Source: Candidatus Doudnabacteria bacterium (GTDB lineage: Bacteria > Patescibacteriota > Doudnabacteria > UBA920 > O2-02-FULL-48-8). From it: a stretch of DNA of 47,975 nucleotides. The notes below the pieces were generated by a model. The model saw only the letters and a list, made by a program, of their open reading frames with translations. It did no database searches and had not been told where the DNA came from. Shown one piece after another: positions 8,506 to 14,368 of the stretch (positions are counted from its first letter, which is position 1; the number at the start of each line of letters is the position of its first letter). The stretch is from positions 1-47,975 of the forward strand of contig JAIFWV010000005.1 of NCBI GenBank assembly GCA_019659055.1, given 5' to 3'. The translations under genes were made by a program, and so were the position numbers.

Positions 8506-8829
8506 ATGCGGAAGATTCTGTTACTAGTTCTTATCTTTGTTTCGGCCTGCACGGCAGCTTCGGGGCCGGATTTCCGCATCAGGTGGGAAACGCAAGCTTA
8601 CGATGGCCCGTTCAAAGCCGTCGTAACTCAGGTCCAGGAGACTCTCGGGTCGATTGTCGCTGTCAACGTGCTAGTCGATCAATCTGAGCGCCGAAAATTC
8701 CAGCAGTTGGCGGCGATTGGTTCAAACCTGAAGATCGCCGATCACGTCACGTGCAGGGTCGGAACTCTAACTAATGGTATGGCCAATGACGTCGTGACTG
8801 TGTGTGTGGCAGCAACCCCGAAACAATAA
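8506..8829 (+). CDS. Putative lipoprotein
   Basis: SD AAGGAGG; MRKILLLVLIFVSAC lipobox-like signal. Confidence 0.7.
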   Translation: MRKILLLVLIFVSACTAASGPDFRIRWETQAYDGPFKAVVTQVQETLGSIVAVNVLVDQSERRKFQQLAAIGSNLKIADHVTCRVGTLTNGMANDVVTVCVAATPKQ

Positions 8830-8836
8830 GCTGTTC

Positions 8837-8919
8837 GTGGAGGCGAATTTCGAAAGATTTCGCTTCCACACCTTTCTTGAGAGTTTGAGTCAATCCTGAT
8901 TCCAACTTTCAAGTTTGGT
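8837..8919 (+). repeat. Conserved double-hairpin cassette spacer R4
   Basis: First 45 nt identical to R3; core 8870-8881; second hairpin nearly identical to R1. Confidence 0.9.
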
Positions 8920-8959
8920 GGCTGTTCTTTCAAGCGCGAGAAGCGCGATGAGGTGTGTG

Positions 8960-9229
8960 ATGGCTATCATGGGCGATGGGGGTTGGATTGTACCGCCTCG
9001 ATTCCCTTTCCCTGAACTTTCGACCGAATGGACTAAGTCCCCGGAACTACGACGGTTTTCGGTTCCAGAGGGGACCATGTACCAGAGAGATGAGTACGCT
9101 CTCTCGAAATTGCAGGCTGTTCTCCCGGTTGGCGATCGGTTGGTGCGAGATTGGCTCAGCGAAGCGAAGACACGCAGGCTTGTCGATGACCACACTCATT
9201 ATTGTCTGCTTTGGTATGCAGATAAATAA
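8960..9229 (+). CDS. Hypothetical protein (start uncertain: 8948/8960/8969)
   Basis: Open frame between spacers R4 and R5; GAGGTG precedes ATG 8960. Confidence 0.55.
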   Translation: MAIMGDGGWIVPPRFPFPELSTEWTKSPELRRFSVPEGTMYQRDEYALSKLQAVLPVGDRLVRDWLSEAKTRRLVDDHTHYCLLWYADK

Positions 9230-9277
9230 CATTGCTCAAATTGCTCATCAAAGAAGCGAAGCGAGCGTGTAATTCCT

Positions 9278-9355
9278 GACCAGTCCCAGTTTGTTAAACT
9301 GGAGCTGGTCACCTTTCTCGAGTCCCGCACATGGTGTGGGGGATTCAAGATCGGA
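9278..9355 (+). repeat. Conserved double-hairpin cassette spacer R5
   Basis: Hairpin 1 homologous to R2; core ACCTTTCTCGAG (9311-9322) ... TTCAAGATCGGA. Confidence 0.85.
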
Positions 9356-9378
9356 AACAGTATGGGAGGATTGGAAAA

Positions 9379-9741
9379 ATGAAGAAGAACTTCGTAATCG
9401 TGGGGCTGTTCTGTTTGTCGGTTGCCAGCTTGAGCTGGAACTTCAGCCAGTACCAGCACACCGGCATGCTGAAGAACGCCGCCGCGCAGTTGTCTACACT
9501 GACGACGCACTCCGAACGCAGCGAGTTCGCGATCGTCATTCCGTTTGAAGACACGCCGGTACTGATGCGCCGTGCTGATGTCGAGATCAATGGTGTGGTC
9601 GAACATCTCGTATGCGGACGCGAAAAGTATGACGCGAACGCCGACGAGAACCGGCTCTGGTTCGACGACAAGCTCGTGGCCAAGCTGGAAACCCCGATGT
9701 CGCAGTTCGGGCTGTACGAGGGCCACAAGCCCAATCGGTAG
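9379..9741 (+). CDS. Exported/membrane-anchored hypothetical protein
   Basis: SD GGGAGG; MKKNFVIVGLFCLSVASLSW signal-like N-terminus. Confidence 0.75.
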   Translation: MKKNFVIVGLFCLSVASLSWNFSQYQHTGMLKNAAAQLSTLTTHSERSEFAIVIPFEDTPVLMRRADVEINGVVEHLVCGREKYDANADENRLWFDDKLVAKLETPMSQFGLYEGHKPNR

Positions 9742-9748
9742 CAGTACG

Positions 9749-9828
9749 GTGGAGGCGAATTTCTGAAAAGATTTCGCTTCCACCCCTTTCTTGAGAGTTT
9801 CAAATTCCTTGGAACTCCGAAGTTTGGG
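9749..9828 (+). repeat. Conserved double-hairpin cassette spacer R6
   Basis: Hairpin 1 as R3/R4 (+2 nt in loop); core CCCTTTCTTGAG (9784-9795) ... AAGTTTGGG (compensatory ACC/GGT to CCC/GGG). Confidence 0.85.
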
Positions 9829-9853
9829 TGTTAGGTTCAACAGGAGGATGCAG

Positions 9854-10717
9854 ATGGACAGAAAGTTCAAAGCGTTGAGTCCGCGTGCTCGGTGGGCAGT
9901 TCGCATCAGTTCCGGCGCAGTTCTCATGAGCCTGTTGCTCATGGGGATGTGCTCCCGGAAAGAGACGCCCCAGCCGAACGTGCCGAACCCTGCTCCGCAG
10001 GCTCATCACGTCGTCCGGCGCGGCGAGTTCCTCAAGTCGATCGCACCGCAGTACCGCAACGTCAGCTGGGAGTCGATCTTGCTGGCCAACGAGCCGTACC
10101 TCAAGGGGAAATACCTCGAGACGTGCGAACCATTCTCGGCATCGTACACCAACAACAGTCGCAGGCGTGGGCTGTTCTGCAACGACCGGTTCCATCGGCC
10201 GTACGGCAACACCCTCAAACCGGGTTGGACGCTCGCCATTCCGGCCGGCACGGCGCCGCAAGACGTCGAACAGACCGTGAAGGACTACACTGATTCCGGC
10301 GACGACGTCTCGATCGTCATCGACGATTCGGGTTCCATGGCTGAGGACCGCCGCACAGTGGCACAGTTCTATCTGGCGGCGCTTCAGAAACATGGGCGCA
10401 ACATCGAAGCAGTCTATCTCTACGTCGACGGGTCGGTGCGTCGGCTCGAAGTCCCCAAAGACATCGAGTCGGAAATGCACACAAGTGGCAACATCGAGAA
10501 TACCTACGAGGCGCTGCGCACCGCGGCTGGTGACCGCCCGGACAAAATCATCCTCATCACGGATGAACCGGGGGATGACTGGCCGGCGGACTTCGGCGGC
10601 ATGAAACTGCCGCCGGTGATCGCGACTTGCCTGGCCGATCACGGCTATCACGCGTGCGAAAGTACGCTCATGAAAGTCGCGAAAGTGACTCATGGGAAAT
10701 ATGTAGCGTACAGGTAA
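9854..10717 (+). CDS. Membrane-anchored LysM-like + VWA domain protein
   Basis: TM, then HVVRRGEFLKSIA...ILLAN...LKPGWTLAIP (LysM-like, with insertion), then IVIDDSGSM (MIDAS) and IILITDE. Confidence 0.75.
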   Translation: MDRKFKALSPRARWAVRISSGAVLMSLLLMGMCSRKETPQPNVPNPAPQAHHVVRRGEFLKSIAPQYRNVSWESILLANEPYLKGKYLETCEPFSASYTNNSRRRGLFCNDRFHRPYGNTLKPGWTLAIPAGTAPQDVEQTVKDYTDSGDDVSIVIDDSGSMAEDRRTVAQFYLAALQKHGRNIEAVYLYVDGSVRRLEVPKDIESEMHTSGNIENTYEALRTAAGDRPDKIILITDEPGDDWPADFGGMKLPPVIATCLADHGYHACESTLMKVAKVTHGKYVAYR

Positions 10718-10730
10718 AGCTTGTTCATAA

Positions 10731-10922
10731 AGGGGAGTGGGATTATCATTATAGATCTCCTGCTCCTCTCTCTACTCCTGGATCGCCAATGCGATGGTAT
10801 TGGGTTCCAGAAGTAGGGCGCTCGGCACTTTGCAAAAGTACCGGCCGTAAATTTCTGCTGAAATTTCGGCCTACTCGCTCGGACCGTCGTCCTGTGCGGG
10901 TTACTTTTGCCAAGTGCCTCGC
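10731..10922 (+). other. Almost fully base-paired spacer: abutting double hairpin plus three-way junction
   Basis: Hairpins ~10731-10769 and 10770-10818; GGCACTT-T-GCAAAAGTA...TACTTTTGC-C-AAGTGCC enclosing two hairpins. Confidence 0.65.
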
Positions 10923-10954
10923 TAAGAATAAAATTGAAGTTCAAGGAGGAGATT

Positions 10955-11128
10955 GTGGTTGAAAAAACTGTCGAGATCCTGGCCACTCACAAGTTGTTGA
11001 TCATGACGCTTTATGTTGGGATCAGTTCGCTGATCCTGCTCGGCTCAGAACCTCGAAGCCTTGTTCGCAGAGCCACCTACGGCATTGCCGCGGCGGTCTG
11101 CATCGCAATCATCGTTTCCAGAATCTGA
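10955..11128 (+). CDS. Small two-TM hypothetical protein
   Basis: SD AAGGAGGAG, GTG 10955. Confidence 0.65.
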   Translation: MVEKTVEILATHKLLIMTLYVGISSLILLGSEPRSLVRRATYGIAAAVCIAIIVSRI

Positions 11129-11137
11129 GAGGACCTC

Positions 11138-11455
11138 ATGCTGACTTTAACTGTAAAGATCGTCGGGGTGTTTCTCCTCGTAGTTCTCGTGGTACTGACT
11201 GTGATCCATCCGTTTCGCTTCCGTAAGGAAGTGGCCGCCCTCAAGGACCTCGTCGATTTGAAGATTCGGGAAATGAACCGCTTGCGCCTGCAATCCGGCG
11301 GTACGTCGTTCCACATGCCGGCAGGCGGCGTCACCGACGACGCCGAGGGGGAGATCAAATCGTACTGCCGCGAAAAGGGGTACGAGATCACCTTCAACCG
11401 CGAGCAGAAGAAGATTAGCCTCGTGAAGATTCCTCAATGGAACCGTCAGAGGTAG
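11138..11455 (+). CDS. Single-TM hypothetical protein
   Basis: GAGG SD; N-terminal TM. Confidence 0.7.
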   Translation: MLTLTVKIVGVFLLVVLVVLTVIHPFRFRKEVAALKDLVDLKIREMNRLRLQSGGTSFHMPAGGVTDDAEGEIKSYCREKGYEITFNREQKKISLVKIPQWNRQR

Positions 11456-11459
11456 CACG

Positions 11460-11529
11460 GAGGAACGAGACCAGTTCTCGTTCCTCTCCATTCTCGCAAG
11501 TTCAAAAAATTTGAGCCTGGGAGAATGGA
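11460..11529 (+). repeat. Divergent abutting double-hairpin spacer
   Basis: GAGGAACGAGA/TCTCGTTCCTC directly followed by TCCATTCTC...GAGAATGGA. Confidence 0.65.
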
Positions 11530-11581
11530 TACAGCTTCGACAAACAAAAAACCCGAGTTCTTTTCAAACTGAGAGGAATAT

Positions 11582-11926
11582 ATGTCATCAAGTGCATACG
11601 CGCGCACAACCATGGTTTTTGTCGGACCGGAACTTCTGGTCTGTCTCAACCCCGATTCTGATCCCAGACGGATGCAAACCGAACTCAACGAAGCCATTCG
11701 GCTTGAAGGTATGAAGGGCGTGAAATTCCGTCGCGGCTCCGAAATGGAAGACCGGATGTATTACTTCTATTTCCGGATCGGTAAGTTCGAATTCCGCTCA
11801 ATAGCGGCCGGAACGGAAGCCGAAAACCTCGAAAGATACGATGCTATGCGGAGGAACTACCAGCAGATTCTCGCCTCAAACGGCGAAATGAAGCTTCGCA
11901 TATTCTTGACAAGACAGGAGGCTTAG
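11582..11926 (+). CDS. Hypothetical protein
   Basis: GAGAGG SD; open frame; function not recognised. Confidence 0.7.
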   Translation: MSSSAYARTTMVFVGPELLVCLNPDSDPRRMQTELNEAIRLEGMKGVKFRRGSEMEDRMYYFYFRIGKFEFRSIAAGTEAENLERYDAMRRNYQQILASNGEMKLRIFLTRQEA

Positions 11927-11927
11927 C

Positions 11928-12188
11928 ATGGATCTGTCGCGAAGATTTATTGTTGCCGCAACCGTGCTGGTCATCTTGCCGGGCTTACCGTGGTTTGACC
12001 CGCACCGAATCGCCGCCAGATTGTTTGGGGAAATGACCCCGGATTATCCGCTGGCGATTGCATTGCTTGGACTGACCGGGGTTATCTTGGCCTTCGCCTT
12101 TGCGGCGGTGGTTGTAGAGTCCAGGGTCAAGGACAAATCACTCGGATATCTCATCGATACGATTGGCGATGAACGAAAGGATGGTTAA
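11928..12188 (+). CDS. Two-TM hypothetical protein
   Basis: SD AGGAGG; two hydrophobic segments. Confidence 0.7.
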   Translation: MDLSRRFIVAATVLVILPGLPWFDPHRIAARLFGEMTPDYPLAIALLGLTGVILAFAFAAVVVESRVKDKSLGYLIDTIGDERKDG

Positions 12189-12650
12189 ATGGGAATTTCT
12201 CTCATGCACCTGACTCCAAACGAGATAGAGATGGCGGCCGAGTTCCAGCTTACCGAAATCTTAGAGAAACATCTCGAGGATTGCGCGCATTGCCGTGCCG
12301 CGCCGGCCGAGTTCCAGCTTACCGAAATCTTAGAGAAACATCTCGAGGATTGCGCGCATTGCCGTGCCGCGCTCAACGATTATGGTCGGCGCCTCCATAG
12401 TATCGACACCAACCCACAGACAGTAGGTTCCAATGGACCCTTGTTCATCTGCCCGCCCAATTGCGGCGGCTGTGGGTTTATCGGTTACGCGCTGGAACTT
12501 GAAAAGTCGCACGACGGCGATCTGCACTGTAAGTGCGGCAAGTATCGGCTTTACCATCTCACAAGGTTTAATTTCGCGTTGTTTTCCGAAGGTCTGGATC
12601 TTCACTCGCTGACCCGCGCGACGGCCATTCTCTGGCCGCGTACCCGTTGA
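12189..12650 (+). CDS. Cys-rich protein with duplicated zf-HC2-like motif
   Basis: HLEDCAHC twice, plus CPPNCGGC and HCKC. Confidence 0.65.
   Translation: MGISLMHLTPNEIEMAAEFQLTEILEKHLEDCAHCRAAPAEFQLTEILEKHLEDCAHCRAALNDYGRRLHSIDTNPQTVGSNGPLFICPPNCGGCGFIGYALELEKSHDGDLHCKCGKYRLYHLTRFNFALFSEGLDLHSLTRATAILWPRTR
12235..12372 (+). repeat. Perfect 69-bp tandem duplication (2 copies)
   Basis: 12235-12303 identical to 12304-12372. Confidence 0.95.
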
Positions 12651-12697
12651 AGTAAATCGCAAGCTTTGGTAGGATATATAGTCAACGGGAGGTCAAC

Positions 12698-12853
12698 ATG
12701 ATACTCGCCGCCGCCTGCGCGGGGATTGGGATTATATTCCTGGTGGTGCCGGAACTGAGTGTCTGGTGCCGGGTCCTGGGAATCGTGTATATAATTCTCG
12801 CGATCGCTACGGCCGTCGCCGCTGTTTCCGAAGCAAAAAGAGGAGGACGTTAG
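12698..12853 (+). CDS. 51-aa two-TM protein (not in ORF track)
   Basis: SD GGGAGGT; MILAAACAGIGIIFLVVPELSVWCRVLGIVYIILAIATAVAAVSEAKRGGR. Confidence 0.6.
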   Translation: MILAAACAGIGIIFLVVPELSVWCRVLGIVYIILAIATAVAAVSEAKRGGR

Positions 12854-12863
12854 CACAAGAAGA

Positions 12864-12982
12864 GAGAGTGGGCAGTTAAAATTGCTCACTCTCACTCGAT
12901 TTGTTTCCATGTACCTGCCGACGAATCTGATATTTCGTTTACGAAATGTCGGATCTCCTGTTCGTCGGCAGATATATGGAAA
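12864..12982. repeat. Hairpin pair closing the island
   Basis: GAGAGTGGGCAGT/ATTGCTCACTCTC and long TTTCCAT..CTGCCGACGAA...TTCGTCGGCAG..ATGGAAA stem. Confidence 0.6.
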
Positions 12983-13064
12983 TTTTGGGACTTGTTTTAA
13001 TCCCGAATTTATGTTATAAATTATTGGTCTTAATTTTAGTTTTCAGTAATTAGAAAGGCAAGCA

Positions 13065-13259
13065 ATGGGAGTCCCCAAAAAACATAAGACCCGGTCGGGC
13101 CGGAACCAACGACGTTCGCACGATCATCTTTCTAAATCCAATCTTTCTGTTTGCAGTAACTGTAAGTTTCCGGTGCGGCCGCATGAAGCCTGCCAGAACT
13201 GCGGCTTCTACAAAGGCAAGCAGGTACTTAAGATCAAAGCAAAGACGAAAGCCAAATAA
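13065..13259 (+). CDS. rpmF: 50S ribosomal protein L32
   Basis: MGVPKKHKT...RRSH...CSNC...PHEACQNCGFYKGK. Confidence 0.97.
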   Translation: MGVPKKHKTRSGRNQRRSHDHLSKSNLSVCSNCKFPVRPHEACQNCGFYKGKQVLKIKAKTKAK

Positions 13260-13366
13260 GAATTGACCTAATTACTCTAATTGATCTAATTTCTAAACGA
13301 GATCATTGGGGCGATTGGGTTATTTTTTAGGTCAATTAGAAATTAGTTATTAGAAATTTTCCGGAT

Positions 13367-13852
13367 ATGGCCAACAGGCATCTTTCAAGAACTATTGCTA
13401 TGCAATCCCTCTATGAGTGGGATTTCAACGACCGCACAGGCGACCTTGAGGAAATTACCAAGGTCAACGTCAAACAATTCGCTCCGGGATTGGAAGATCC
13501 TGAGTTTATTTATAATTTGGTTTCCGGTGTCCGGGAGCATATCCAAGATATAGACAAGATCATCGTGGCCACGGCGCCTGAGTGGCCGCTGGAGCAGATT
13601 ACCGTGATTGACCGGAATATTTTGCGCATTGGAATTTACGAACTTAAGTTTGCCAAAGAAGTTCCGCCAAAGGTGGCGATCAACGAGGCGGTGGAGCTGG
13701 GCAAAGCGTTTGGCGGCGAGTCATCCGGAAAATTCGTAAATGGAGTCTTGGGTACACTCTATAAAAACCTCCCGGAGGCTGAGAAAGAAAAAGGGGAAAA
13801 ACAGGAACCAGAAAACAGTAAACAGGAATCAGAAAAAACAAGCGGCGAGTAG
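13367..13852 (+). CDS. nusB: Transcription antitermination factor NusB
   Basis: [42 protein letters not shown]. Confidence 0.97.
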   Translation: MANRHLSRTIAMQSLYEWDFNDRTGDLEEITKVNVKQFAPGLEDPEFIYNLVSGVREHIQDIDKIIVATAPEWPLEQITVIDRNILRIGIYELKFAKEVPPKVAINEAVELGKAFGGESSGKFVNGVLGTLYKNLPEAEKEKGEKQEPENSKQESEKTSGE

Positions 13853-13932
13853 CCGCTTTTTTATATCCACAGCCTGTGGATTTGTCAATCATTTGCTTGC
13901 GCTATATAGTTTGGGTAATTCGGCTCAGGGTT

Positions 13933-14287
13933 TCTCCTCTCCTCTCAGGAGAGGGCAGGGAGAGGTGAAAATGCAAATCGAACCAAAGTTATTAAAATAT
14001 TCAAAGAACTTAAGGCAAAATCGCAATCCGTGGGAAGCTAAGCTTTGGTATTACTTGCGCGCTCACAGGTTTTATGGGTTAAAGTTTAAAAGACAATTCG
14101 TAATAGGAGGTTATATTGTAGATTTTTATTGTCATGATAGAAAATTGGTCATTGAGCTCGATGGTGGTCAGCACTCACAAGCTCGAAGGTATGATTCTGC
14201 TAGAGATCGTTATCTCATTGAGAAGGGGAATAAGGTTCTGAGATTTTGGAATAATGACGTAGACCACCCTCTCCTGGAAGGAGAGGG
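13933..14287. mobile_element. REP-flanked DUF559 module
   Basis: CCTCTCCT/AGGAGAGG-type palindrome at 13933-13966 and CCCTCTCC-tggaa-GGAGAGGG at 14267-14287. Confidence 0.6.
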
Positions 14288-14327
14288 AATACCAAGACCA
14301 CAATCAAATTCGATTCGTATTTATTAA
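13971..14327 (+). CDS. DUF559 (Vsr-like) endonuclease, C-terminus possibly damaged
   Basis: LRQN...EAKLWYYLR, FKRQ..IG.YIVDFYC, IELDGGQH, VLRFWNNDV; frame runs straight into the downstream palindrome. Confidence 0.85.
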   Translation: MQIEPKLLKYSKNLRQNRNPWEAKLWYYLRAHRFYGLKFKRQFVIGGYIVDFYCHDRKLVIELDGGQHSQARRYDSARDRYLIEKGNKVLRFWNNDVDHPLLEGEGIPRPQSNSIRIY

Positions 14328-14368
14328 TAATAATTAAAAAGCTGAACAGGACAGCGCCCGAGGATCTT

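Larger units (their letters stand above)
2810..12982. other. Accessory genomic island of ORFan cassettes between gtrA and rpmF
   Basis: About 20 mostly unknown genes, nearly all + strand, GC-richer coding DNA (36/60 G+C in line 10021 vs 23/60 in line 27121), hairpin-filled spacers. Confidence 0.75.

Noticed and set aside
6907-9828. CRISPR array
   Set aside because: Repeats are 70-85 nt and variable, the intervals are whole genes of hundreds of bp, and no cas gene is present
6907-9836. Classical integron attC sites
   Set aside because: No paired RYYYAAC/GTTRRRY boxes; one GTTAGGT at 9830 lacks an inverse partner; no intI in the window
3080-10693. Long antisense/shadow ORFs (3080-3655, 7125-7709, 7832-8464, 9199-9942, 9800-10693)
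   Set aside because: They overlap better-supported genes on the other strand, lack SD sites, and are expected in GC-rich DNA
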